The notes: generated by a model not told the origin, from the letters alone. A stretch of 64,000 nucleotides of DNA from Spirochaetia bacterium (GCA_963675665.1 OY776510.1:1504001-1568000), one strand, 5' to 3'; counted from the first letter of the stretch, positions 9,034-19,865 are shown. Program-made: numbers and translations.

Positions 9034-10053
9034 ATGAAAAAAGATAATAACAAAATCATGAACAGTACCGTTAAAAACATCAATTTAGCCGCTTTAATGA
9101 GTAATCTTCCCGGTATGGTTTACCGCTGCAAGAATGATGAAGACTGGACAATGGAATTTGTCAGCGACGGCTGCCTTGATTTAACGGGTTTTCCTCCGGA
9201 AGCACTGATCGATAACGCATATATTTCTTATGCGGGGTTGATTCATCCGGAAGATCGTTACAGCGTATGGAAAGGCGTTAACGAGGGAATAGAGAACAGC
9301 CGGCCCTTTAAATTAACATACCGTATAGTTACAAACGGCGGTCAGGAAAAGTGGGTTTTTGAACAGGGGCAGGGAATCTTTGAAGAAAGTAATATCCTTT
9401 ATGCAATCGAAGGATTTATCACCGATATCTCCGAGCAAAAAAATGCCGAGAGGCGGCTTTCCGAATCTCTGAAAGATAAAAGCCTTCTGTTGTCAGAAAT
9501 TCACCACAGGGTAAAAAATAATTTTCAGCTGATTATATCAATGCTTGAGCTTCAGAAAAGCTCTGCTCCCGGAGGTAATCGGGATGTTTTTAATGCTGCA
9601 ATTGAGCGGATAAGGGTTTTTTCCGATATGCATCAGGATCTTTATAATTTTGATAAACGCGATGTTATAAATTTCAGTGATCATATACAGAATAATTTCA
9701 AAAACCTTCTGTTGGCATTTCACAATTCTGTTGATAATATAGATCTTGAACTTGAGATGTCTGATGTTTATCTTGATTTTGATACGGCAATACCGCTTGG
9801 CTTGATGATAAATGAGATGATCTCGAATTCACTGAAACATGCAATCAGTGAGCAGGGCGGCTGGATCAAAATATTAATCGAAAAAGATTCTGAAGACGAG
9901 ATAAAAAGAATCAGTTATTCCGACAGCGGCCGGGATATGGGGGAATCTTCGGGCGGTTTCGGGCTGGTTCTGCTGGAAGCCATGGCGCTGCAGCTTGGTC
10001 TTGAAACAAGATTGATTCCGCAAGGTCATGTTAAATATGAATTTACAGGATAA
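9034..10053 (+). CDS. PAS-domain sensor histidine kinase (HisKA_2/HWE type)
   Basis: PAS (NLPGMVYRC..IHPED..DISE), EIHHRVKNN H-box, INEMISNSLKHA N-box. Confidence 0.9.
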   Translation: MKKDNNKIMNSTVKNINLAALMSNLPGMVYRCKNDEDWTMEFVSDGCLDLTGFPPEALIDNAYISYAGLIHPEDRYSVWKGVNEGIENSRPFKLTYRIVTNGGQEKWVFEQGQGIFEESNILYAIEGFITDISEQKNAERRLSESLKDKSLLLSEIHHRVKNNFQLIISMLELQKSSAPGGNRDVFNAAIERIRVFSDMHQDLYNFDKRDVINFSDHIQNNFKNLLLAFHNSVDNIDLELEMSDVYLDFDTAIPLGLMINEMISNSLKHAISEQGGWIKILIEKDSEDEIKRISYSDSGRDMGESSGGFGLVLLEAMALQLGLETRLIPQGHVKYEFTG

Positions 10054-10077
10054 TTAACGGTCAAACAGGAGCTGTGA

Positions 10078-10677
10078 ATGAGGGTCAGTGTTTTACTGTC
10101 TCATCCCTATTCGGGAAGTTTTAACCACGCGATCTATAAACAGGTTTGCATTAGTCTGAAAAATGAGAATATAAAGGTTTTTTGCCATGATCTCTACGAA
10201 GAAGGATTTGATCCGGTGCTGACGGTCGGTGAACTCGGTAAGGCTCCAACCCGGGATGCTCTTGTCAGGAGGTATGCCGATGAATTAATGTTGTCGGATC
10301 TCCTGGTTTTTATCCACCCTAACTGGTGGGGGCAGCCCCCGGCAATGCTGAAGGGTTATATCGACAGGGTGATAAGGCCTCCGTATGCTTATGATATGCC
10401 GGAAGGTGCGGAAGGCGGTTTGCCGATTCCCGGACTTGAGGGTAAATACGGAATAGTTTTTAATACTTCAAATACCGAAGCAGGACGTGAAAAAGAATAT
10501 TTCGGCGATCCTCTTGAAAACATCTGGGAAAAGTGCGTGTTCGGGTTTTGCGGAATCAGGAAATACCATCGTAGAATGTTCCGAATTGTTTGCGACAGTA
10601 CCGAAGAAGAACGAAAAGGGTGGCTGCGTCAGGTCGACGATGACATCAGAAGAGTTGTAAAAGATTTAGATATATAA
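10078..10677 (+). CDS. NAD(P)H-dependent oxidoreductase, flavodoxin-2 (quinone reductase) family
   Basis: HPYSGSFN, HDLY..GFDP, PNWWGQPPAMLKGYIDRV. Confidence 0.92.
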   Translation: MRVSVLLSHPYSGSFNHAIYKQVCISLKNENIKVFCHDLYEEGFDPVLTVGELGKAPTRDALVRRYADELMLSDLLVFIHPNWWGQPPAMLKGYIDRVIRPPYAYDMPEGAEGGLPIPGLEGKYGIVFNTSNTEAGREKEYFGDPLENIWEKCVFGFCGIRKYHRRMFRIVCDSTEEERKGWLRQVDDDIRRVVKDLDI

Positions 10678-11106
10678 TGCTTCGGGCAGAGTCTCAACAT
10701 AAGCTTTAATTTCATCCCGTACACGGCGGTAGTGAGCAAGAGCCTCTTCTTCGGTTTCGGCAGTTTTTGCCAGGGAGGGAGGATCGTCGAACCCAGTGTG
10801 TATGCGGGTGGTTTTTCCTGGGAAAAACGGGCAGTTTTCATCGGCATGGCCGCAGACAGTTATAACATAATCAAAGACCATACCTTTATCTGTAAATTCA
10901 TTAACATTCTGACTTTTATGGTCTGAGATGTCCACGCCGGCTTCTTTCATAACCTGAACGGCATACGGATTAAGCCCGTGGGTTTCAATTCCGGCGGAAT
11001 AAACATCAATCAAATCGTTCTTTAATGCCCTGGTCCAGCCTTCAGCCATCTGGCTTCTGCATGAATTTCCGGTACAGAGAAACAGCAGCTTTATTTTATT
11101 GTTCAT
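10666..11106 (-). CDS. arsC: Arsenate reductase, thioredoxin/LMW-PTP type
   Basis: FLCTGNSCRSQMAEG, ITVC..A..NCP, FDDP; ATG11106 with GGAGG SD. Confidence 0.9.
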   Translation of the reverse strand: MNNKIKLLFLCTGNSCRSQMAEGWTRALKNDLIDVYSAGIETHGLNPYAVQVMKEAGVDISDHKSQNVNEFTDKGMVFDYVITVCGHADENCPFFPGKTTRIHTGFDDPPSLAKTAETEEEALAHYRRVRDEIKAYVETLPEALYI

Positions 11107-11271
11107 TTCAGGGTCCTCCCGGTTCAGTATTGTGAAAACAGTATAACGGCGGAATGGATTTTTCAAGGTGACCGGGGGGCCTGGTTTGTTAGATTATGGT
11201 TAAATATGGATTATCAGATATTCCCGTAAAAAATATGGAAATAGCAATGAAGTTATATTAGAATAACAGCC

Positions 11272-12129
11272 ATGACAGGATTTAATATTTCACTGATTGT
11301 AGCGGCGGCCGCAATAGCCGTTTCTTTTTTTTACGGATTGTTTACCAGGAATTATTCGACTGTAGACAGGCTCTGGTCGGTTCTTCCTCCCGTCTATCTA
11401 TTGATCTGGTTCCGGGATATCGGCTTTAACCCCCGTTATATTGTCGCCTTCTGTCTGGTTGTCTTATGGGGCTCCAGGCTCAGCGTCAACTTTGCCCTGA
11501 AGGGAGGGTACAGGTTTTCATTCAGGCGGGGGTTTACCGGTGAGGATTACAGATGGTCGATTCTTCGCGGTAGAATTAAAAACAGGGCTGTTTTTGAGCT
11601 TTTTAACCTGTTTTTTATAAGCGGGTTTCAATTGTTGCTGATATTTCTTTTTACGACACCGCTCTATTATTACGGAAAAAATAACAGCTCTGTTAATCCG
11701 TTTGAAATACTTCTGTACTGCCTTCATTTTGCTTTTTTGTTCTGTGAAACTGCCGCCGATATTCAGCAGTTGAGGTTCTATCGGCGTAAAAATACAGAAC
11801 CCTGGAAAAATCAGAAACGCTACAGGCTTGGTTTCAATACCTTCGGTCTCTGGCGCTACTCCAGGCATCCGAATTATGTCTGTGAGATGAGCCAGTGGGT
11901 TGTTGTATATTTATACCTCGTCGCCGCATCCGGGACGCTGCATATTACCGGGCTTGGAGCAGTGTTGCTGATTACCCTGTTTGCCGGCAGCACGGTTTTT
12001 GTCGAGTCCGTTACTTTATCAAAGTACCCCGAATACGGTGAATGGCGCAGGCTTTCATCAGTATGGATCCCGTTCAGATCGCTTGTGAAAAAAAAGCAGG
12101 GAGACGAATTCCTGTCTTCAGATAAATAG
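11272..12129 (+). CDS. DUF1295 family membrane protein (steroid 5-alpha-reductase C-terminal-like)
   Basis: VDRLWS, GEDYRW, ETAADIQQ, GLWRYSRHPNY. Confidence 0.9.
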   Translation: MTGFNISLIVAAAAIAVSFFYGLFTRNYSTVDRLWSVLPPVYLLIWFRDIGFNPRYIVAFCLVVLWGSRLSVNFALKGGYRFSFRRGFTGEDYRWSILRGRIKNRAVFELFNLFFISGFQLLLIFLFTTPLYYYGKNNSSVNPFEILLYCLHFAFLFCETAADIQQLRFYRRKNTEPWKNQKRYRLGFNTFGLWRYSRHPNYVCEMSQWVVVYLYLVAASGTLHITGLGAVLLITLFAGSTVFVESVTLSKYPEYGEWRRLSSVWIPFRSLVKKKQGDEFLSSDK

Positions 12130-12158
12130 GGAAAGGGTTGCAGGAAGACCTGCCCTGA

Positions 12159-14045
12159 TCATCTTATCAGGCTTAGCGAGAACCAGGGAACGTAGGTAAT
12201 AAGCAGAACCATTGCCAGGAGCACAAGAAAGAAAGGGATGACTCCCCTGTAAATCTTTGCCAGCGGCGTTTCAAACGCGTATGAAGCAAGAAATAGGTTA
12301 AGGCCGACCGGCGGGGTCAGATATCCCAGCTGAAGGTTTGCCAGAAAAATTATTCCAAGCTGTACAGGGTGAATGCCGTACATTTCTCCGAGAGGTATAA
12401 TCAGCGGTGCAACCACCATGATGGCTGAAAAAATATCCATCAGGCAGCCGGTAACAAGCAGTACAACATTCAGAAGCAGCAGGAAAACAAGCGGCGACTC
12501 TACATGAGCGCTGAAGAAATCTGTGAGCATCATGGGCACTTCAGCGTCCACTATAAAATAGGACAGACCTTTTGCCATGGCTATTATCATCAGGACACCG
12601 CCGATTACAGGCAGCGTTTTTTCCATTATTCTGCCCAGGTCCTTAAGTTTCAGTTTGCGGTAAATGAATACCTCAAGAATTATGGAATAAACAACGGCCA
12701 CCGCCCCGGTTTCAACAAGGGTTGTAATTCCTCCGAAATACAACAGCAGGATAATAACCGGGAGAGCAAGATCTCCGGCCGCCCTTTTAACGGCGCCGAA
12801 CCTGCCGGTTCTGTAATCATCGCTTGGCTCGTTTGCGGCGGAATTTCGGAATTCTTCCCTGTTCCGTCTTCTGTAAGAATGGACAATACCCATTACGGAT
12901 AATGCGATGACCAGCACCAGACCCGGAATTATTCCGCCGAGAAACATGTCCATTATGCTTATTTGGGCCTGAATGCTGTACATAATAATCGGCAGACTGG
13001 GCGGAAACAGCAGGCCGATGCTTCCGGCTGAGGTAATATATCCTTTTGTGAACCTTTCGGAGTATTCTCCGCTGTTTAGCATGATATATGAAAGAAGCCC
13101 TCCGAGAGCAAGTATTGTTACTCCGGAAGCTCCGGTAAAAGTTGTGAAGAATGCGCAGACGATAACTGCCATTACGGCCAGACCGCCGGGAAGCTTCCCG
13201 ATAAAGGCCCTGAAAAAATCCACAAGGCGCTCGCCGCTTTTTCCTTCCGATAATATAAACCCCGTAAGAGTGAAGAGCGGTATTGCCGGAATGGCAGTGC
13301 CGGTCAGCAGGTTATAAATTTCGTTAGGAATAACTTCCGGAACGCTCCATGTTCCGGCAAAAAAAACAAGGGCTGCGCCGCCGAGCAGAATAAATATCGG
13401 CAGGCCGAAGACGGTAAGAACAACAAGCAGAAGCACAATGAACAGGTCAGCGGTTTCAAAGAACATGTAATATCCGTCAAGCATGTTTTCAAGCCAGAGC
13501 GGCGGCATGAACGGGGTCAGGTAATACAGGTTCAGTACAGCCGGCAGCGCCAGAAGTATTCCTGTAACGATGCCGGCAGCCAGATGCACCTTTTTTGTGC
13601 TGCGGTCTGTTGTTATAAAACGGATTCCCGATACCGCAAACGATACCGCAATGATTCCGCTGAGAATATTCAGTGATATAAAACCGATTTTCTGATCACT
13701 GTCGAACCCGATTATCGAAAACGACACAGCGGCAACAGCGGCTGCTATTGATACGGCACTTCCGGTAACGGATACCACAGCGGGGATGAATGATTTAAAA
13801 CGGCCTTCCGGCAGGTTGTCCCCGAATCCGAGCGCAATATGCTGTTTTTCCCTTGTGCAAATCATTCCCGCAATCAATGCGGTCCATAAGGTAAGGTGAC
13901 GCAGCAGCTGATCATACTGCGGGATGCCGGAAGAAAAAAATGATCGGACGATCATCTGTATGCAGGGAATAAGGGCTACCGCAAGAAGAGCGGCCCCGGC
14001 CGCCCCGTTTTCGATTCGGCTGAATCTTCCGCCTTTTGTATTCAA
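12159..14045 (-). CDS. TRAP transporter fused small/large permease (DctQM)
   Basis: AIPLF, GSIGLLFPPS, LGYLTPPVGLNLF motifs; N-terminal DctQ-like TM segments. Confidence 0.92.
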   Translation of the reverse strand: MNTKGGRFSRIENGAAGAALLAVALIPCIQMIVRSFFSSGIPQYDQLLRHLTLWTALIAGMICTREKQHIALGFGDNLPEGRFKSFIPAVVSVTGSAVSIAAAVAAVSFSIIGFDSDQKIGFISLNILSGIIAVSFAVSGIRFITTDRSTKKVHLAAGIVTGILLALPAVLNLYYLTPFMPPLWLENMLDGYYMFFETADLFIVLLLVVLTVFGLPIFILLGGAALVFFAGTWSVPEVIPNEIYNLLTGTAIPAIPLFTLTGFILSEGKSGERLVDFFRAFIGKLPGGLAVMAVIVCAFFTTFTGASGVTILALGGLLSYIMLNSGEYSERFTKGYITSAGSIGLLFPPSLPIIMYSIQAQISIMDMFLGGIIPGLVLVIALSVMGIVHSYRRRNREEFRNSAANEPSDDYRTGRFGAVKRAAGDLALPVIILLLYFGGITTLVETGAVAVVYSIILEVFIYRKLKLKDLGRIMEKTLPVIGGVLMIIAMAKGLSYFIVDAEVPMMLTDFFSAHVESPLVFLLLLNVVLLVTGCLMDIFSAIMVVAPLIIPLGEMYGIHPVQLGIIFLANLQLGYLTPPVGLNLFLASYAFETPLAKIYRGVIPFFLVLLAMVLLITYVPWFSLSLIR

Positions 14046-14048
14046 GGT

Positions 14049-15044
14049 TTAACGGCTCCTGAACTCTTCCAGCATCGAGGCGACTTCGTTATAGCGTTTT
14101 TCTGAAACAAAGCCCCCCGAACCGACAATTGCGGAGTATTTGTCATCAACCAGCTTTTCCCATCTGTTCAGTGTGTCCTCTTCAGGCTTGTTGATGACCA
14201 GTCCGTTATTCATCATGGTTTCGATTGCATTGTTTTCTATCCTGACCGCTTCATTGTAAAAACTGTCGGCTGTGTGTTCGGTAATCCGAAGAAGTTCTTC
14301 CCTGTATTTTTCAGGAATTTTTTTCCAGGCTTTTTCCGAGATTACCACACCTCCGAGAACGGGCGAAACCTTCAGATCCAGCATGTTATCGGCAATACCG
14401 AACCATTGATACGAAGCGGCCATCATCGGTGAAGCATACATTGAATCCACCATTCCGCTCTGAAGTGCCATCAGCGTATCGGGAAGATCGACCGGAATGA
14501 CATTAAAGCCCATTTTCTTAAATGAATCGGCAAGCTCCGGCTGGGTTATAGGGCCTGCAAATTTCATTTCCATCATATCTTCGGGATCAATTATCCGGTC
14601 TTTCGAGAAAAATTTAACCCATCCGGATTTTGACCATGCAAGAACAATAAAACCCTTTTCCAGAAAGGATTCATTAAATATTGGCGTTACCTCTTTCACA
14701 ATAAAGTCAAGCTCATCTTCCGTTTCAAGCATAAACGGCATGCTCATGGCAAATGTATCCGGCAGAATTGCGGTTATCCCGATTGATGACAGGACCGCCA
14801 TATCAATCTGTCCAATCCGCATTTTTCTTATTATATCAGCTTCGCCGCCGGCAATGCCCCCGGGATAAATCCTGATTCTTATTCTTCCGTCGGTTGCTTC
14901 GCGCCATTCTTCAGCCATTTCCTTGAGGGCCCTGTCCCATTCGGTGCCTTCCGGCAGCAGGCTGGACATCTTGAAGTTTAATGCGCCCAATCGGAAAACC
15001 GCGGCGACAATCAGTATAAAAATAATAAATAACCGTTTGTTCAT
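14049..15044 (-). CDS. dctP: TRAP substrate-binding protein DctP (TatP-type)
   Basis: PEGTEW, IYPGGIAGGEADIIRKMRIGQID, ALQSGMVD; ATG15044 with GAGGA SD. Confidence 0.9.
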   Translation of the reverse strand: MNKRLFIIFILIVAAVFRLGALNFKMSSLLPEGTEWDRALKEMAEEWREATDGRIRIRIYPGGIAGGEADIIRKMRIGQIDMAVLSSIGITAILPDTFAMSMPFMLETEDELDFIVKEVTPIFNESFLEKGFIVLAWSKSGWVKFFSKDRIIDPEDMMEMKFAGPITQPELADSFKKMGFNVIPVDLPDTLMALQSGMVDSMYASPMMAASYQWFGIADNMLDLKVSPVLGGVVISEKAWKKIPEKYREELLRITEHTADSFYNEAVRIENNAIETMMNNGLVINKPEEDTLNRWEKLVDDKYSAIVGSGGFVSEKRYNEVASMLEEFRSR

Positions 15045-15045
15045 T

Positions 15046-16062
15046 TTATTCCTCAATACTAATAAAAAATTCTTCAGCATGTTCGAGCATCCAGGCTGCT
15101 TTTTCCTGATATATTGTAATTACAAGCTCATTTTCAGGAACAAGATCCGGATCAATTAAAAGCGCTTTTTGAAGCAGATCGCGGTAAGTTCGGTAATCCT
15201 GAATCTTTACGCAGACTGACGCGGCATAGCTGCAGTATGTTCCGGGATTGTTTCCTTCGGCAAGTTCTATTGCCCTTCTGAAGTGAAAATCAGCCTTTTC
15301 ATCGGCCCTGTCACTGACACCCCTGCTGCTGTAGTAGTTTTCAGTGAATTTTCCGGCTGTTTCAGGCGCGTTTTTAACTGCATTAAAAATATGCGACGAC
15401 GGCATGCTGCTGTAAACCTGTATGAAAACATCATGAATCGCGCCTTTATTGAAGGTTTCATCCAGTTCCAGTGCGCGCAGCAGCATGGCGGTCGGTATGT
15501 AAAGCTTGTTTGCAAGTTCGAAATCAAAAGGATCGCAGCTGTATGCGGCTATCCATCCGCTGGCTGCCCAGTAAAGCATTCCGGCGTCATCAGGCGCGTC
15601 AGGAAGGGCAAGTGCTTTATCAAGCTCTTCATCTGCTACATAAGCTGCAAAGCCGGGGTGCTTCAGTTCAATGGCGTTCAACACGTAGTCTCGGCCCCTG
15701 AAGTACATTTTCTTCGAACGCAGGAGCATTTTTTCCTGTTCAAGATACTCTTCGTCGGGCAGCATTCCGGCCGGGGTCTGAATAAAGGCGTTTGCATACA
15801 TTATAAAGTTTTTGCCGGTGGCATATTGCAGATCGGCATCTTCCGGTTTTGACGCAAGAACCGCTTCGTAGAGTTTCAGAGCCAGCGGAAGAGCCTCGGC
15901 AATAAGCTGCGGATCATCATCCATCGTAAAAATACCGGTTCCGCCCGAGTCCGACGACAGCAGATCGGCCGCGGCATTCATGGCCATATCCTCTATTGAA
16001 ATACAGGACACCGTCAGGAAGAGTGTTATTGCCGCAACTGTAAATATTCTGAACAATTTCAT
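15046..16062 (-). CDS. tatT: TRAP-associated TPR lipoprotein TatT (TPAT system)
   Basis: Lipobox TVSC, DDDPQLIAEALP, MYANAF; position upstream of dctP-dctQM as in the Treponema pallidum TPAT. Confidence 0.88.
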   Translation of the reverse strand: MKLFRIFTVAAITLFLTVSCISIEDMAMNAAADLLSSDSGGTGIFTMDDDPQLIAEALPLALKLYEAVLASKPEDADLQYATGKNFIMYANAFIQTPAGMLPDEEYLEQEKMLLRSKKMYFRGRDYVLNAIELKHPGFAAYVADEELDKALALPDAPDDAGMLYWAASGWIAAYSCDPFDFELANKLYIPTAMLLRALELDETFNKGAIHDVFIQVYSSMPSSHIFNAVKNAPETAGKFTENYYSSRGVSDRADEKADFHFRRAIELAEGNNPGTYCSYAASVCVKIQDYRTYRDLLQKALLIDPDLVPENELVITIYQEKAAWMLEHAEEFFISIEE

Positions 16063-16173
16063 ATATAACAATTATATACTTTATATGTACGAAAAAAAAC
16101 CGGTTTAACAGAAAACTCACGATTCTCTCCATGTGCGTTGACTTGTCCGGGGGCAGAGGTTATCATTGCGGAT

Positions 16174-17403
16174 ATGAAAGACGATATACTTGAACGATTT
16201 ATCCGTTATGCACGAATAACAACTACATCGGATATGCATATGGATGTATGCCCTTCAACGGAATGCCAGTGGGATTTGCTTCGGCTTCTCGAGAAGGAAC
16301 TCGGTGAAATGGGACTGAAGGATATCAGCCTGAATGAAAACGGATATCTGATAGCCAGGCTTGAAGCCAATACCGATAAAAAAGTGCCTGTTATAGGTTT
16401 TATGGCGCACGTGGATACATCTTCGGATGTTTCAGGCACCGACGTAGATCCGCAGATTATCAATAACTACGACGGAACCCCGATTGTACTTAAAAACGGA
16501 ATTGTGATAGATCCTTCAGAGGATGAACACCTTGGGAAATACAAAGGCCATACGGTAATTACTTCGGACGGCACAACCTTGCTTGGCGCAGACGACAAGG
16601 CCGGTATTGCCGAAATAATGACGGCGTTAAAATATTTTATTGATAATCCGGAAATTATTCACGGCGCCATTGAAATAATCTTTACCCCCGACGAGGAAAC
16701 CGGGAAGGGCATGGACAGGTTTCCCCGTGAAAAGCTTGAATCGGTTTTCTGTTATACGCTTGACGGCGGAGAAGAGGGCGAGATAGATTCCGAATGCTTC
16801 AACGCTTATGCTGCGGAGGTAAAGTTTGAAGGGCGGGTAATTCATCTCGGAGATGCACGCGGAAGACTGGCTAATGCTGTTACAATGGCTTCATCATTTG
16901 TAAATATGCTTCCCCAGGCGGAAAGTCCCGAAGCGACTGATGAGCGTTTCGGTTATTACTGTCCTCTGGAGCTGAAAGCCGGTCTCGGCGATGCCGAGCT
17001 GGTGATATTTCTTCGGGATTTTGAACTGGCTGAAGTTGAACGCCGCATTGAGACTCTGAAAACCCTCGCGAAAGCGGTCGAGGCTATTTTTCCGGGCGGT
17101 AAAGTTCAGGTAGAGCCAAAAAAACAGTATTTGAATATGCGTGAACATATGGATAAAATACCTGAAGGCATGGACTATCTGCTGAAGGCTGCTGAAGAGG
17201 CAGGGGTGAAAACAACTTCCGAGATTATCCGGGGAGGAACAGACGGGGCCCGTCTGGCCGAAATGGGTATTCCCACTCCGAATGTATTTACCGGAGGACA
17301 TAATTACCACAGCCTGAAGGAATGGGCTGTTCTCAGTACAATGGAGAAATCCTGCAAAACGGTAATCAATCTGATTAAGTTGTGGGCCGGGGCTGAAGTA
17401 TAG
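16174..17403 (+). CDS. pepT: Peptidase T (tripeptide aminopeptidase, M20)
   Basis: AHVDTS, LLGADDKAG, FTPDEE, IRGGTDGA, GGHNYHS. Confidence 0.96.
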   Translation: MKDDILERFIRYARITTTSDMHMDVCPSTECQWDLLRLLEKELGEMGLKDISLNENGYLIARLEANTDKKVPVIGFMAHVDTSSDVSGTDVDPQIINNYDGTPIVLKNGIVIDPSEDEHLGKYKGHTVITSDGTTLLGADDKAGIAEIMTALKYFIDNPEIIHGAIEIIFTPDEETGKGMDRFPREKLESVFCYTLDGGEEGEIDSECFNAYAAEVKFEGRVIHLGDARGRLANAVTMASSFVNMLPQAESPEATDERFGYYCPLELKAGLGDAELVIFLRDFELAEVERRIETLKTLAKAVEAIFPGGKVQVEPKKQYLNMREHMDKIPEGMDYLLKAAEEAGVKTTSEIIRGGTDGARLAEMGIPTPNVFTGGHNYHSLKEWAVLSTMEKSCKTVINLIKLWAGAEV

Positions 17404-17446
17404 TCCCGGGCGTGGTATACTTTTTACAGAAAAGGCGGACTGAATA

Positions 17447-18628
17447 ATGAAAAAAAGAGAAAAAAATATTTTAGCGGTTCTTTTTATTATCTTCCTGTGT
17501 TTTATTTCGGCGGCTGCGTTTGCTGCTGAACCATTGGGGCGGATTGTCTATATTGAAGGAATTGTCGACCTTCAGCGCGACGGCGAAATCCTTGAATTAT
17601 GGGATTCCGACATAGGAATGGAGATCTATAATTATGATTTGATCGAAACCGGCTACGACGGTTTTATAGAGATTGAAATTGTCAGCCATCGGACGCGGGG
17701 TTCCCTTATCAAGGTTGAAAGTGATACGGCCTTTTACTTTGACTCGGCCAAAATGGGCGGTTCATCTAAAACGAACGTGGCAATGATGTCGGGTTCGCTT
17801 TCGTTCAAGGTGCAGAAACTTACCGGAAATGAGGAACTCAACGTCAGAACCGAAAGTACCGTAATGGGTGTTCGCGGAACCGATTTCAAGGTCCAGAGGG
17901 CTCCTGAAGGTTCCGTGCTTGTAACCTGTGTTGAAGGAAAAGTGGCCTGTGAAGACGACCGGAACATGGAACGCTACGCAATGCCCGGAAGTGTCGTTGA
18001 AAAACGCTCCGGCAGCACGCTTTCAAGGGTCGATATTGATGTGGGCGACGAAAACCTTTACGGAATGTACTGGACAAACAAGCGCGAGGAAATCTTTCGT
18101 TCGGGCGCAGATACATTTATAAAGGGATACTCTGCCCAGTATAATAACTACCTGCCCAGATTTCTTGAAGCATATGATAATCTGCTTGCGGTAAAAAGCG
18201 TTCTCGAAACCTACGGCCTGGAAGAAAATCAGGGCGCAATGGGGTTTTCCTCGAAGATGATAACGGTTAAAGCCGAGACGTCCGACGAAATGATAATGAT
18301 GAGAAGTATCCTGCCTTTATTCGAACATGCCTTTTATGCTGTTCAGGTGCTTGAAAAGTACCATGATCAGGGAATAGGCCGCACCATGATCGAGAAAAAT
18401 TACTCATCGGACGATTTTTTCAGTGATTTTGCGCGCAGAAAGCTTGAAATAAAGAACAAGCTTGCCGATGTGCGGTACTGTATCAAGCTGTACATCAATA
18501 TCAGCAGGGCGGCAACTCCCGGCGGGCAGGACTCTCCTTCTTTCTTTGACGATATGATGATGGGGCCTAACCCGATGGGTACAGGCGGAATGCCCCAGGC
18601 CAATATGCCGGAAGGGATGTTCGATTAG
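17447..18628 (+). CDS. Exported FecR-domain protein
   Basis: Signal peptide; DLIETG, VMGVRGTDF, VEGKV FecR motifs. Confidence 0.85.
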   Translation: MKKREKNILAVLFIIFLCFISAAAFAAEPLGRIVYIEGIVDLQRDGEILELWDSDIGMEIYNYDLIETGYDGFIEIEIVSHRTRGSLIKVESDTAFYFDSAKMGGSSKTNVAMMSGSLSFKVQKLTGNEELNVRTESTVMGVRGTDFKVQRAPEGSVLVTCVEGKVACEDDRNMERYAMPGSVVEKRSGSTLSRVDIDVGDENLYGMYWTNKREEIFRSGADTFIKGYSAQYNNYLPRFLEAYDNLLAVKSVLETYGLEENQGAMGFSSKMITVKAETSDEMIMMRSILPLFEHAFYAVQVLEKYHDQGIGRTMIEKNYSSDDFFSDFARRKLEIKNKLADVRYCIKLYINISRAATPGGQDSPSFFDDMMMGPNPMGTGGMPQANMPEGMFD

Positions 18629-18649
18629 TAAAGTTTGTTTAACCGCGGA

Positions 18650-19777
18650 TCAGTCGAATATCCGCGGGACTCTTTTGGATATTGCGCAAAGCAGTTCATA
18701 GGGGATGGTTCCGGTAAGTTCCGTAAGGTCTTCAGCTGTTGCCGCCCCTTCCTCGCTACCGAAAAGAATTGCCCTGTCGTACAGGTTTACCTTCAATTCC
18801 GGTCCCAGATCCACCATCAGCTGATCCATGCAGATGGTTCCCGCAACCGGATATCTTTTGCCTTTTATCATTATTTCAGCTTTATTGCTCAGCAGTCTTG
18901 TGTATCCGTCGGCATATCCGGCGGGTATTGTCCCAATCCATGTCTCGGATGCTGTGGTATATCTTCGGCCGTATGAAATATCAGTTCCGGAAGGCACCTT
19001 TTTTATATACATCAGCCTTGATTCAAAACTCATAACCGGTTTCGGTATAAACCCGTGAGAATTCGGGCATAGAAGGCCCTGACGCCCTCCAGGCAGGTAT
19101 CCGTAGGCAAGAATACCCGGCCTTACCATGTCGAAGTGCGCTTCAGGATAATTCAGTATTGCGCCGGAATTTGCCGCATGTATAATACCGGGCTCCATCC
19201 CTGCGGCCCTTACCGAATCTACTGCCGATGTAAAATCTTTGATTTGTTTGCGGGTAAATTCAATATCATCCCCGGCGGCACTGTCGCTGACAGGGAAGTG
19301 GGTGCATATTCCTGCAAGAACAAGGCCCTTTGCGTTGGTAATTTCAGAAGCAAGAATCACCGCTTCATCGGTCCGGCACCCTATTCTTCTCATCCCGGTA
19401 TCGATTTTAAGGTGGATTCGGACTTTTCCTTCGCTGACGGCAGAAGAAAGTTTTCGAATTTCGTCGGATGTTGAAACTACGGCTTCAAGTTTTAATGAAA
19501 TAAGCGTTTCAATCTCTTCAGGAAGCACCGGGCTGAGAACTATAACAGGCGCGGTAATACCGTTTTGCCTGAGTTCTTCAGCCTCGCTTACGGCTGCCAC
19601 TGCCAGATACTCGGTGCCGAAACCCGCCGCAGCTTCGCTTATTCCGACTGCGCCGTGACCGTATCCGTCCGCTTTAACGGCAAGACATATTTTGACGTCC
19701 GGATTTATCATTTTCCGGACCCCATCAAGGTTGTATTTCAAATTCGCTGTGTGTATCAGTGCCCGCGTTGCTCTCAT
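18650..19777 (-). CDS. alr: Alanine racemase
   Basis: AVKADGYGHG (PLP Lys), HLKIDTGMRRIG, HAANS, ISYG, GYADG, CMDQ. Confidence 0.97.
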   Translation of the reverse strand: MRATRALIHTANLKYNLDGVRKMINPDVKICLAVKADGYGHGAVGISEAAAGFGTEYLAVAAVSEAEELRQNGITAPVIVLSPVLPEEIETLISLKLEAVVSTSDEIRKLSSAVSEGKVRIHLKIDTGMRRIGCRTDEAVILASEITNAKGLVLAGICTHFPVSDSAAGDDIEFTRKQIKDFTSAVDSVRAAGMEPGIIHAANSGAILNYPEAHFDMVRPGILAYGYLPGGRQGLLCPNSHGFIPKPVMSFESRLMYIKKVPSGTDISYGRRYTTASETWIGTIPAGYADGYTRLLSNKAEIMIKGKRYPVAGTICMDQLMVDLGPELKVNLYDRAILFGSEEGAATAEDLTELTGTIPYELLCAISKRVPRIFD

Positions 19778-19865
19778 GCCGGTTATTTTACCTTTTATTT
19801 ACATACATTACAATGAATTCGTTGATTTGAGAAGTTAAAAGAGGTATACTTAAACTCGTAGAAGT

